From Octopus sinensis (lineage: Eukaryota), in assembly GCF_006345805.1 (NCBI RefSeq), contig NC_043006.1, forward strand, positions 57,040,001 through 57,104,000: a DNA stretch of 64,000 bases, in the 5' to 3' direction. Of the stretch, positions 39,571 through 54,202 are shown piece by piece. The position numbers and the translations under genes are program-made. The notes under the pieces are model-generated. The model had not been told where the DNA came from, did not search any database, and worked only from the letters and a program-made list of their open reading frames with translations. How positions within the stretch are numbered: position 1 is the first letter of the stretch; every line of letters starts with the position of its first letter.

Positions 39571-41622
39571 TCTCTTGTTATAAAAGGCAGATTTTATCTG
39601 CCTCCCTTTGTCTCTTATAGAAATCTACAATATAGGATTTCTTCAATTATAATTTACCTAGCATTTTTAAGAGTAGAATGCATCGGGTCATGCTAGGTAC
39701 AGTTTTTCAAATTTCACCCCCAATTAAGCAAAATTTCGAGAAAACTCACTTTGTGGTGTGTAAGTGAAGTGTTTTTCTTAGTGTGGGCTACAGCACACAC
39801 ACACACAGACGGAGTGAACTGCTTCACTCATGCTATGACCCTAATTTCTCCTCCTTTCTCTTTGCAAGTGTGCAACGATTAAAGTGAAAGTATTTATATA
39901 AAAGGGATGAACTGCTTCACTCATACTTTCTCTTTGCAAGTGTACCTTAAACCACTACTCAAAAAAAAAAAACAACACAGCAAACAGAAACAAATAAATA
40001 CATAACGATTTACTTCTCACACAATTTCTTCAATTAGAGTTTACCTATGATTTTTCAAAGTACTTCCATTCGGTCATGGCATACAAAATTTCTTTCAATT
40101 TCACCCCCATTTCAGAAAAATTTTGAGAAAACTAAATATTTTTACCATTTCACTTCAAAGCCTTTACTCTGCATATTACTCCCACTTCCTCTTTAACACA
40201 CATAGACACGCAAATATATAAATAAAATTGTAAGCTAATGTTGTGTGTTGTCGAGGGTGCGTACTGGTTTTTCAGTTCATATTAATCAAATTAATATTCA
40301 CAAGAAGGACTATTCATTATATACATCAGTTCCACACATTTACCCTGGTTCCATTTCGGACAACATGCACAAACATTTGCATTTCACACATGTATGTAAA
40401 ACAATTCATTTCTTAAAAACTTCAATTCCATACAAAGTTTTTAGGACGAATATAAGATCTAAAGTATATCCAAGTAGCAGAAAGATCGCCCAAAAGTGTA
40501 TATAGATATTTAAATGTATTTATATATTCATCTATACACAGATGCATGTATAATGTGTGTGTATATATTTCCATAGAGGTAACCATTCACTCCATACAAA
40601 GTTATTTAGGACGAATATAAGATCTAAAGTATATTCAAGTAGCAGAAAGATCGCCCAAAAGTGTATATAGATATTTAAATGTATTTATATATTCATCTAT
40701 ACACACATGTATGTATAATGTGCATGTATATATTTCCATAGAGGTAACCATTCAATCCATACAAAGTTTTTTAGGACGAAAATCTTTATATATAAAAGAA
40801 AGGTTGTGTGTCTGTCTACTCCGATTTAGATTCCTAACTACTCCCACATTTTGCGATGCAGTTTAACCAAAACCGGGTATCTTATAGTCGTGATTCATAT
40901 CGAGCCCTTCTGGGTATTAGCGTGTCTACGATGAGTCTACGATTTTACAAATAATTTACCATAATTTTTTTCCATTTTAATGCATATTTTTTTAAATAAA
41001 GGGAAGTAACTCTCAAACTTCACACCAATATGCGTGCTCATATGCGACGTAATATCACATCAGCAGCATTTCCTCACACCCTCCTTGCACTTGGCGAAGG
41101 CAAAATACCAGGGGATGAAAATGGTAATATTGCCATCGATTCCATTTGTACCAGTGTTAAGACGCCTTCTGATCTCAGAGATGCAGTGTTCCCAGATCTA
41201 CAAGCTAATTATCAGAATATGGATTGGATTGGCAAAAAGGCTATACTGGCCCCCGACGAATAAAACTGTTCACCATATTAATGATGAAATGCAAAACTCA
41301 TTCCTGGGAAGTCTATGTATATCAGTCTATCGATGCAACTCCTGACCCAGAGGACGTCATCAACTATCCAAAGAGGTACTCAATTCCTTTGAGCACCCGG
41401 ACTACCACCACACTTCTCAAACTTAAGTTGGTGCCCCTATAATGCTCATCAGAAATTTGGTTACCCCAAAACAATGCAATGGCACACGTTTGATCATTAA
41501 GTCCTTATCTCCCACAGTAAACTTATATCAATATTTGCCTGAATAATCATCATAATTCAGTGCAATCATTAACAGTACTTTCAAGCAATTCAGCCCCGAG
41601 CAACGCTGGGCAATTCTGCTAG
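39571..41622 (+). mobile_element. Composite Helitron with a Pif1 helicase remnant
   Basis: Same 5' end as 37912. A second TC-type start occurs at 40783. Hairpin cccgagcaacgctggg and CTAG|T end at 41622. Internal 164-bp tandem units start at 40428, 40592 and 40757. Confidence 0.85.
41020..41520 (+). pseudogene. Pif1-family (Helitron RepHel) helicase fragment
   Basis: NMRAH..LLALGEGK..VFPDL..W..KKAILAP, followed by broken LPPH.LKLK.GAPIMLIRNL..CNGTRL motifs. Confidence 0.85.
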
Positions 41623-41624
41623 TA

Positions 41625-41655
<31 letters not shown>

Positions 41656-41677
41656 GCATATATATACATATATGCAT

Positions 41678-42876
41678 ATCATCATCATCATCATCATCAT
41701 CATCGTTTAACGTCCGCTTGGACGGTTCAACTGGGGTCTGGGGAGCCCGAAAGCTGCACCAGTCCAGTCAGATCTGGCAGTGTTTCTACAGCTGGATGCC
41801 CTTCCTAACGCCAACCACTCGAGAGTGTAGTGGGTGATTTTATGTGCCACCGACACAGGTGCCAGACGAGGCTGGCAGACGGCCACGTCGGATGGTGTTG
41901 TTTTTATGTGCCACCGACACAGGTGCCAGACGAGGCTGGCAGACGGCCACGCTCGGATGGTGTTTTTATGTGCCACCGACACAGGGCCAGATGAGGCTGG
42001 CAAACGGCCACGATCGGATGGTGCTTGTTACGTGCCCACAGCACGGAGGCCAGTCGATGCGGTACTGGCTACGGCCACGTTCGGATGGTTTTCTATGTGC
42101 CATCGGCACTGTACCACAAAGATACAAATTCCATTGATTTCATCTATTTTGATTTGTTTGATTTTCACTTGTCTCAACAGGTCTTCACTAGTGTCACAAG
42201 AAGGAAGGTATGCACAGGTGGACTGACTACGTCCCAGGTAGGGGCCATGGGTTATGGCCTGACTAGTCTTGCCGGGTCTTCAGATGGTGTTTTTATGTGC
42301 CACCGACACAGGTGCTAGATGAGGCTGGCGAACGGCCACGATCGGATGGTGTTTGTCATGTGCCCACGCACGGACTACGGCACTGATGATTTTTGTGTGC
42401 CACAGGCACTGGTACCACAAGATACAAATTCCATTGATGTTCATCTATTTTGTCTATTTTGATTTTGATTTGATTTTCACTTGCCTCAACCGGTCTTAAC
42501 AAGTGTCACCAAGAAGGGAGGTATGCACAGGTGGACTGACTAGTCTTGCCGGGTCTTCGGAAGGTGTTTTTATGTGCCACCGACACAGGTGCCAGATGAG
42601 GCTGGCGAACGGCCATGATCGGATGGTGTTTGTTACGTGCCCACAGCACGGAGGCCGGTCGATGCGGAAACTGGCTACGGCCACGTTCGGATGGTTCTCT
42701 TGTGTGCCACCGGCACTGGTACCACAAGATACAGATTCCATTGATGTTCATCTATTTTGATTTGTTTTGATTTGATTTTATTTTGATTTTGATTTGATTT
42801 TCACTTGCCTCAACAGGTCTTCACAAGTGTCACAAGAAGGAAGGTATGCACAGGTGGACTGACTACGTCCCAGGTA
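41678..42876 (-). mobile_element. RTE 3'UTR-only insertion with tandem array (same family as 21215-22630, inverted)
   Basis: Reverse complement of the 335-bp unit family, with an (atc)n tail at 41678-41705. Confidence 0.85.
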
Positions 42877-43490
42877 ACTTCCCTTATTCTAGGCCGTGAG
42901 CTTCCTGTTTTGTTTAACTTCTTATCAAGATTTTTAATTTCCTTATACCTACACTTACTGCTGTTATCCCTAAACATATTATTATTCCTAAACATATTAT
43001 TATTATTCAAAGGCCTCTTATTATTCCTAAACGTATTATTATTATTCAAAGGCCTATTATTATTACAGTATTTATTATTGTATTTATCTGTAGTAATTGC
43101 AACTTGCTCAATTGGCAAACCAGCCATCTTGTTTTTGAGTCTAGTATTTAAGGATATAGAATATTTTAGACTTGAAACCACTTAAACTTAGGGCATTATT
43201 TACACCGGTGCATGCTGCTCAAAAATCTCTTCGTTCGCAGATAAATTGGTATTCTAGTTGAAATTGCAGGTATATACTATCTATTGTGGATTTCGGATGA
43301 TTAGATGACACATTGATATATGCTATCGATTTATTAGCCTTACGAAAGGGATAATATAGACCGGTATTAAGACACAAGGTAACGTACAGAAGTTTACCAC
43401 CCTAGAGTTACTGTCGTAGATGATATCAAGATTTTAAAAATCCTTCAAAAAGCTCTCAACGACTTCTTAATCTGTTTAATTCGGTCTTAG
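42877..43490 (-). mobile_element. Penelope-like RT C-terminal fragment (second family)
   Basis: Broken reading SNSRVVNF..VTLCLNTGLYYPFRKANKSIAYINVSSNHPKSTI..NLSANEEIFEQHAPV.NNALSLSGF, then an Asn-rich linker ending RPRIREVTW. Confidence 0.65.
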
Positions 43491-46400
43491 AGAGGATTTG
43501 GTTCATTCTATGGTCCTTTTTAATACAGGGATGTTCTGGAGGGATGGTGTCAAAAGCCATTGTGAGGGGGTTGTGTGTAGAATGTATGGTAGAGTATGGG
43601 GTTTCGATGTAACAGGTTTGGGGCGTCTAAGTTCCTGTTGCTGAGTTTTAGGGCGCATTGGATCCCATTGTCAATTAGTGACGTGGGGTAATCCCTGCTT
43701 GTTAATGTGTCCTTAAGTTCTTGTAGAAGTTTATTGGAGACTATAGTGCAAATTCTCTTGGCTAAGTTGTAGGGAATGTTAATTTTACGTGTCTAGGGTG
43801 GCATGAATTGAAAGGGATGTATTGCTTGGAGTCTGTGGGCTTGTAGTATAGTCTGTTTCTATTTTTTTGTTGTGAATTTATGAGGATGTCGAGGAGGAAT
43901 TTGTTGGGCTGTATTCCATTGTGAAAATAATGTTTGTGTTGAGCCCATTTATAAGGGTGTGAAATTCTTTAAGCTTCTCAATGGTTCGGGCCAAAGGATG
44001 AAGCAGTCATCAAGATATCTTTTCCAGTTCTTCTCTATGTGTGTGTGGAGAGTGGTGCCAATTGGTTAAGAACGTTATTATAGAGGGTGATTTCCAGGTA
44101 TCCCATGACTAGGTTGGCGTAAGTGGGAGCTGTTTTCGTTCCCATTGCCGTCCCTGATTTCTGTCTGTAGAATTTGTTGTTGAAGGTGAAGAAATTATTC
44201 TCTAAGATGAATTTGAGTCCTTCTAAAATAAATTCCTTTTTGATGCGGTGTGGGGGTTCGTTGGAGTAATTATCCAGCCAGAATTGGATAGCTTCTATTC
44301 CTAGGTTGTGGGGATGTTGGAGTAAAGATTAACTACATCGAATGTTACTAGCAGGGTTTGTTCAGCAAGAAGTGTATTGGGGAGGTGGTTGAGCATATCT
44401 AGATCATCCCTTATGTAGCTTTTAATGTGTTTGAGGAAGGGCTTGAGAAGGGTATCAATGAAGTTGCTAAGGCGGTGGGTTTCGCAAGTGGGACCTGCTA
44501 TTATAGGTCTTAATTTGAGGTCATTTGGTGAGGGGACATTGATTACAGAGTTTGTGGCTTCCTTGCATGCCTTACTTATTAATTCGCTTTTATGAATTTT
44601 GGGAATGCCGGAGAAGAGGCTGGTTTTACTAGTGAAATTTGTGATGAAGTTGAATTCTTTGTGAGTGAGTTCTTCTTGATCAGGGTTTTTAAGTTTCTCA
44701 TAATTTTCTGTTGATTGTAGTGTTCAGCCTTTTCGTAATATGTTCCATTTTCCAAGGTGGAGAGTGCTAAGTTGATATAGTATTCTGTCTCCATTAAGAC
44801 TACTGCACTTCCTTTATTGGCCTCTTTAATGGTGATAGATCTTTCATTTTTTAATTTGTTTAATTCTTCCCATTCTTTCTTGTTGAGGTTTGTTTGGGTT
44901 TTGGTTTGTGTAAGTGTTGGTAGGGGAAGTTTGTAATGTGCTCACAGAATTCGTCTAGGATTTTATTTCTACCTTTTGGTGGGGTGTAGTTGCTTTTATT
45001 TCTAGCTAGTGACTCATCCTCATTGTGCTGGTCGAATAGTTCCTCACTAAGTCGCAATTTTCTACAAAGTTCTGTAATGTCTTCATTTCGTAGTAGTTTG
45101 GACGTGGGGGGGTTTGGTGTGAATTTAAGACCTTTGGAGAGTAAGTTGAGAAGGTTGGTGTTGGGTTATGTATTAGTTAAATTGATGACTTTAATTAGTT
45201 TCTGTTTCTCTTCCCTGTCCCGTGTTATTTTGTTTGCCTGTATCTGTGTGCTGCATCTAAAAAATGGTTGGGGTAGAGGGGTTGTCTGTTGGTGTTAAGA
45301 GGTCCTGTGTGTTTGTTATATTCCTTGTTGTGAAATATGGTTCGGGTTCGTGGTTGTGGATAGAATGGGGTGTTCCTGTATTGCGGGTGTTGGTGTGTTT
45401 GTTTCTTTGTGTCGTGATGGATTGTGGTGATATATGGTGCCTACATGGGTGCTTGTATCGAGTGGTATGGGCTTGTTGTGTATTGTGAGAGTTGAGAAAG
45501 GGAAATTACCTTGTTGTCCCCTCGTGGCGTGGATGTTGTTGTGTCTATCCTGGAGTGGATCCTCTTTTATTTGTTAATAAGGTATTCGAGTAGTTGTTGA
45601 GTTGTTGTGTACAGTGTCTCCTTGAAGGGGGAAATTCGTTAATGTAATTCTGGTGGTGAGGTTTCCAGGATTCTTGTTCCTCCTTATGGACGTGGGGTAA
45701 GAAGGTACATCTTCAATATGCTCTGTTTCCTTCTTTTGTTCAAGGTTGGAGGGTTGGCAGAGTAGTTTGTGTGGTTGGGTTCCTGGTTTCCCATTTTTAT
45801 GAACGGGTTATTGGAAGAGTAATCCGTTTTGAAAGTTGATTCATAGTTTTAGGAACCAGGCGGCACTTTTTTTCCCAGCGTTGTAAGGATTTTAGTTCCT
45901 CTTTGTTGCAGTCATCTTTCCATAACTTGGAGATCTTCTCTATATATGTAGGCTTTCGGCCTTGTTATTTATTACGAGGAGGATCTCTTCATCGATTGTT
46001 TTGACTCTTTCCTCATTTGTTCAATCTCTGTTTTCAGTCTCTCTAATGCCATTCTTTCCCTAGTCTCATCTTTGAGGTTCAGGTTCATTGGGAATGACTT
46101 TTAATTGTATTTTGCGGGGAAGTTAGAGGGGTAGAGTTCATCCATTTTTCGTATATCTCGGCCTTGTTGTTGTTTCTAATCATTTTCCAGAAGAGAACTT
46201 TCTGTCTCTGAGGGATTTGTTCCATTCTGGGATTATATGATTTTTCAGTTTGTATGAATCAATTGCATGGTTCTTCTTTGTTTTTGGCTGGGTTGGTGGT
46301 GGTGAAAAAGGTGTGGATTGTATCACACAGAGTTTGTAGCTTATCGCCGATTTCGGAGGGTTTGTGTCCGGTAATGGTTCCTCATTAGTGGAGTCTAATT

Positions 46401-46600
46401 TGTTGACTAGTACAGAGAGGTTGGTGTTGATGTTTTTGAGTTCCTGTATGATTTCTTCGTTTAAGTTGATTAGGGTGGTTTCAGTTTTTGTAGGCATTTT
46501 CTGTATCTCGTGCGGGGATATGATATTTAAAAAAGGAGATGTGGAACACGAGTTGTGATATATAAAAAAAGGAAATGAAGAAAATGCTGACAAAATAATT
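43491..46600 (-). mobile_element. Penelope-like element (PLE) ORF with reverse transcriptase, disrupted and 3'-truncated
   Basis: LVTFDVVNLYSNIP (about 44320-44355), KSGTAMGTKTAPTYANLVMG (44101-44160), WKRYLDDCFIL (about 44000-44030). No GIY-YIG domain was seen before the junction at about 43490. Confidence 0.9.
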
Positions 46601-46764
46601 TAAGTAAGGGAGAGTGTATTTAATTAGGTGAAAGTTTTTTTTACCGGTTGCGCATTTGTTATGCTTATCAAAAGATATTTTTTAAAGAGAGATAGAGTTC
46701 CTTTCTGATAGATTTTTTTCTCTTATCTGACTTTATGTTGGTTTTGCTGTCTCTTATATGTGAA

Positions 46765-47498
46765 AAAAGAGGCTCCAGAGTTGTTTAAGATTTGCTTGGT
46801 TTCGCGCCTAAAATTTCTTGTGGACATGGTCAATACAATTTTGATTAGTCATTATAAAGGGGTCACGTGAATGTTTGAATGGAAGTTGGTGTTGGGGTAA
46901 GAAAATAGGCTCCAGAGATGTCAAAATTTGGCTAGTGTCGCGCCTAAAATTTCTTATTGATCATAATAAAGAGGTCACATGGATGTGGTAATAATAGAGG
47001 TCATGTGAATGTTTAGAATGAATGTTGATGTGGGTGGTTGAAAATTCTTATTGTTCAGGCTGGTTAGTTGACTTCATGTGGATATTTTAAATAGCTTTTT
47101 TAGGGCGTAGTTAAGTAGTGTATTTTCCGCTTGACTGAATTTGAGCTAGATAAGTAAGTTCATTTAGGACAGGAAGAGCTATATGTATGTATGTATGTAT
47201 GTGTGTGTGTGTGTGTGTGTTTATATGTATGTTGGGGCGCACGCGCATATATATATGTGTGCGTGTATGGGTACAATTTTCAATATTTATAGTTCTGCTG
47301 GCCTTGTGCCTGTATCGGGAGCACGTGTTTGTGTGAAGTCAATATTTACAGTCATTTCCCAAAAATAGTGTTGGATGTTTTGAACCCATATCAAATTATG
47401 TGTATGTGTGACTTCTCTATTATGACCACATCCACGTGACCTCTTTATTATGACCAATAAGAAATTTTAGGCGCGACACTAGCCAAATTTTAACATTT
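46765..47498. repeat. Tandem plus inverted repeats at the 5' end of the PLE
   Basis: 46768-46870 resembles 46908-46985 (tandem). About 46920-47010 is the reverse complement of about 47410-47495 (aaatttggctagtgtcgcgcctaaaatttcttatt). Confidence 0.8.
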
Positions 47499-47690
47499 TC
47501 TTCATTTCCTTTTTATATATATATATTTATATATATATATATGTATTTATATATATATGTATGTATATTCTATATATATACATATATATTGTATGGTAAT
47601 ATATATATTATATACATATATAATATATATAATATATACATATATATATATACATATATAATATATGTATGTATGTATGTGTGTATGTAT

Positions 47691-49647
47691 AAAGAAGCCT
47701 GGGCTATAGACAACATAAAATCTAACCCCAGAGCTTTCTACAGGTATGCCAAAGAAACAGCTACGGTGCACTGTAGGATAGGGCCACTCCTTGAAAAGGA
47801 TGGCACTCTCACAGGAAATCCAATGAGGGTAAGTGAATACTGAATGAACAATTCAAGAGTGTTTTCACTCCACCCCTTGGGCATTTCCAAGTCAGCAATC
47901 CAACTGACTTCTTTGTAACCACTGCAGATATTAAAATCAGAGGCAGCGATGATTGATTACATCAATATAAAGAAGACGATGTAATAAAGGCTATAGATGG
48001 ATGAAAACAAACTCAGCTACTGGCCCCGATGGATTCCAAGCAATCCTTCTAAAAGTATGTAAGAGAGTCCTAGCAAGACCACTGCGGTCTCTCTTTCAGA
48101 GCTTCCTTGCAGCTGGCAAACTTCCAAGAAAACTGAAGGAAGGTAAAATATGACCTATTCATAAAGGAGGTAGCAGAGCGGAGGCCAAGAACTACAGACC
48201 TATCTCTCTGACCTCACACATCAGCAAGGTCATGGAACGAATAGTCAGAAAGAAACTAATCACTTTCCTTGAAGAAAATGACTTGCTGCCTGACACCCAA
48301 CATGGGTCCGACCAGGAAGAAGCTGCTTAACTCAGCTCCTACAACACTATGACTGGGTGCTGAAACGACTGCTCAACCACTCAAATGTGGAAGTCATATA
48401 TCTCAACTTTGCAAAGGCCTTTGATAAAGTCGATCATGGAATGATATGTCACAAACTGCGTGATCTTGGCATAGTTGGAAAATTGGGGAGAATGGCTTCA
48501 TGACTTTCTGAAGAATAGAAGTCAGGTGGTAGTAGCCAATGGGGCCACTTCCATTAACACGCAAATAGTGAGCGGTGTTCCACAGGGCACTGTTTTGGGA
48601 CCACTACTGTTCATAATGGCCCTCTCAGACATGCCCTCAGCCACGCAAGAGCCACGATCACAAGTTATGCAGATGATACAAAAGTTTCACAGGCAATACA
48701 GAACCCTGAAGACACTAAGCACCTGCAATGTGAGCTGGACAAAATATACAAGTGGGCTGAAAAGAATAGCATGCAGTTCAATGCTGAAAAGTTTCAACTT
48801 TATGCTATCGCATGCAAAACTGAATGCAATACCCAATGAATACACTGGACCCGGAGGGATTGCAATCCCAGACGCACAATCAGTGCGTGACCTGGGTATT
48901 CACATGAGTGATGACGTGACCTTTCATGTACATGTTGCTAAACTGGCAATGAAATGTAGACGGCTGGCCGGATGGATTCTCAGAACCTTTAGAACAAGAG
49001 AACAAGAAACCATGAAGGACACTTGTCCTAAGCCACTTTGACAATTGCTCTCAGCTATGGTCACCATCCAGTGTCAAATTGATCACAGAACTTGAGGCGA
49101 TCCAACGAAGCTACACGAAGAAGATAGCCTCTGTGCAGCATATGAGCTACTGGGAAGACTCACAGAGATTAAAGCTCTATTCCCTGGAGCGTAGGCAAGA
49201 AAGATATGCCATAATATATATCTGAAGATCCTGGAAGGACTGTCCCCGAACATTAGCATCTAGAGTCACACAAATGTCAGAACCGGGCGCCACTGCATTG
49301 ATACCAGGACTCCAAATTTTGCCATCAAGATGTAGGGCAAGATACTGTGATAGCCTGGGCTTCAGAGGCCCACAGCTCTTCAAATCCTCCCGAAGAACCT
49401 GAGGAACCTGCATGGTGTAGATGCGGATGTCTTTAAAGTAGGACTGGATCTCTTCCTGTCAGGTGGTCCCGGATGAACCAACTTCACGGCAGGAGGTGCA
49501 GATGAGGGCAGCTGCATCGAACTCGCTCATGCACCAAATAGCAGTTGCTAAAAGCATTCGTGAGGTAAATCATGTAGCAAACCAAATGGCGGCGTCCCAG
49601 CATGGCCACAGCTCATTAGCTGAAACTGGAAAAATAAAAATCAATCA
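47691..49647 (+). mobile_element. CR1/L2-group LINE, 5'-truncated, same subfamily as 29178-32412
   Basis: Near-identical by eye to the minus-strand copy (e.g. gaagcctgggctatagacaacataaaatctaacccc). RT motifs present, tail ends in tcaatc. Confidence 0.95.
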
Positions 49648-51275
49648 TATTTATAATATATATATACATATACATATATACACATATACATTATACATAT
49701 ACATATACACACATATACATATATACATATACATATACACACATATATATATACATATACACATATAATATATACATACACACACATATATATATATACA
49801 CACACATATATATATATACATATACATATATATATAACATATACATATATACATATACATATATATATATATACATATACATATATACATATACATATAT
49901 ATACATATACATATATATATATATACATATACATATATATATATATACATATATACACATACATATATATACATATATACACATACATATATATACATAT
50001 ATACACATACATATATATACATATATACACATATATATATATACATATATACACATATATATATATACATATATACACATATATATATACATATATACAC
50101 ATATATATATATACATATATACACATATTATTATAAACATATATACACATATATATATATACATATACACATATATATATATATACATATATACACATAT
50201 ATATATATACATATATATATATAACACATATATATATATACATATAATTAATACACACATATATCTATACACATATATATATACATATATATATATACAT
50301 ATAATATATACATATACATATATACATATATACATATACATATATACATACATATACATATATACAATAACATATATACATATACATATACATATATATA
50401 TACACATATACATATATACATATATACTATACATATATACATATACATATATACATATATTATACTACATATATATATACATATATATACATATATATAC
50501 ATATATATACATATATTATATACATATATATACATTTAAAATTATATATATATTTACAAAATACATACATATACATATATACATATATATAATATACATA
50601 TATATATACATATATATATAACATATACTATATATACAATATATATATATACATATATACATATATATATACATATACATATATATACATATATATATAT
50701 ACATATATACATATATATATACATATACATACATATATACATATACATATACATATATATACATATACATATATATCATCCATACATATATACTACATAT
50801 ACATATACATACTATATATACATATACAATATATATAATTATATACATATACATATATATACATATATATACATATACATATATATACATATATATAACA
50901 TATACATATACATACATATATATACATTACATATATATACATATATATACATATACATATATATACATATATATACATATACATATATATACATAATACA
51001 TATACATATATACATATATACATATACATATATACATATATATATACATATACATACATATACATATATACATATATTATACATATACATACATATATAT
51101 ATATATATATATACATATATATATACATATACATACATATATATATATATATACATATACATACATATATATATATAATACATATACATACATATATATA
51201 TATTATATATATATATATATACTACATATATATATTATATACATATATATATATATATACACATATTATATATAC

Positions 51276-51306
<31 letters not shown>

Positions 51307-51335
51307 CATATATATATATACATATATATATATAC

Positions 51336-51382
<47 letters not shown>

Positions 51383-52769
51383 CATATATATATATACATA
51401 TATATATATACATATATTATATATACATATATATATATCCATATACATATATATACATATATATATATATACATATACATATATATACATATACATATAT
51501 ATATATATACATATATATATACATATACATATATATATACATATACATATATATACATATACATATATATATATACATATATATATACATATACATATAT
51601 ATATACAATACATATACATATACATATATACATATATATAATACAATATACATATATATAATACATATATACATATATATATATATACATATATACTTAT
51701 ATATATATACATATATACATATATATATATACATATATACATATCCATATATCATATATACATATACATATTATATATACATATATACATATACATATAT
51801 ATATATACATATATACATATACATATATATATTATACATATATATATATACATATATTATCTACATATAATATATACATATATATATTCATATATACATA
51901 TATATATACAATCAGATATATATACATATATACATATATAATATATACATATATATATATACATATAATATAACATATATATATATATACATATAACAAT
52001 ATATATATATACATATATATATATACATATACTATATATAATATACATAATACATATTTATAATACATATACATACATATAATATACATATACATATATA
52101 TACATATACATACATATATATACATATACATATACATACATATATATACATATACATATATATACATATATATACATATACATATATATACATATATATA
52201 CATATACATATATATACATATATATACATATACATATACATATATATATATACATATACATATATATACATATATATACATATACATATATATACATATA
52301 TATACATATACATATATATACATATATACATATACATATATACATATATACATATACATATATACATATATATATACATATACATACATATACATATATA
52401 CATATATAATACATATACATACATATATATATATATTATATATACATATTATATATATATATACATATATTATATATACATATATAATTCTACATATACA
52501 TACATATATATATATAATATACATATACAACATATATATATATATAACATATACATACCTATATATATATATTATATATATAATATATACATACATATAT
52601 ATATATATATACATATATAATATACATACATATATAATATATATACATATAATATATATATACATATATATATACATATATATATATAATATACATATAT
52701 ATATATACATATATATTATACATATATATATATATACATATATATATATAATACATATATTATATATAC

Positions 52770-52800
<31 letters not shown>

Positions 52801-53183
52801 CTATATATATATACATATATATATATACATATATATATATATACATATAATATATACATATACATATATATACATATATATATATATACATATACATATA
52901 TATACATATACATATATATATATACATATATAATACATATACATATATATATACATATACATATATATATACATATACATATTATATATACATATATATT
53001 ATACATACATATATATATACATATACATATACATATACATATATACCTATATATACTAACATAGATAATATATAATATACATATATACATATATATATAT
53101 ACATATATACATATATATATATATACATATATACATATATATATATATCATATACATATACATATATACATATATACATATAC

Positions 53184-53215
<32 letters not shown>

Positions 53216-53525
53216 ATTACATATATACATATACATATATATATATACATATATATATATACATATATATATATACATATATATATATACATATATATAT
53301 ATACATATATACATATATATATATACATATATATATACATATATACCTTATATATATACATATATATATATACATATATAATATACTATATATATATACA
53401 TATATACATATATATATATACATATATATATATACATATACTATATATATATACATATATACATATATATATATACATATACATATATATATATAACATA
53501 TATATATATACATATACATATACAT

Positions 53526-53560
<35 letters not shown>

Positions 53561-53587
53561 TATATATACATATACATATATATATAT

Positions 53588-53620
<33 letters not shown>

Positions 53621-53628
53621 ATATATAC

Positions 53629-53663
<35 letters not shown>

Positions 53664-54115
53664 ATATATATACATATATATATATATAACATATATATAT
53701 ATACATATATATATATACATATATATATACATATACATATATATATACATATAATATATACATATATATATACATATACATATATATACATATACATATA
53801 TATATATACATATATATATACTATACATATATTATATACATACATATATACACATATACATATATACATATATATATACATATACATATATACATATATA
53901 CATACATACATACATATACATATATATATATCATATATATACATAATACATACATATACATATATATATACATATATTACATACTACATACATATACATA
54001 TATATTATACATAATATACATACATACATATACATATATATATATACATACATATACATATATATATATATACATATATACATATACATACATACATATA
54101 CATATATACATATAC

Positions 54116-54202
<87 letters not shown>

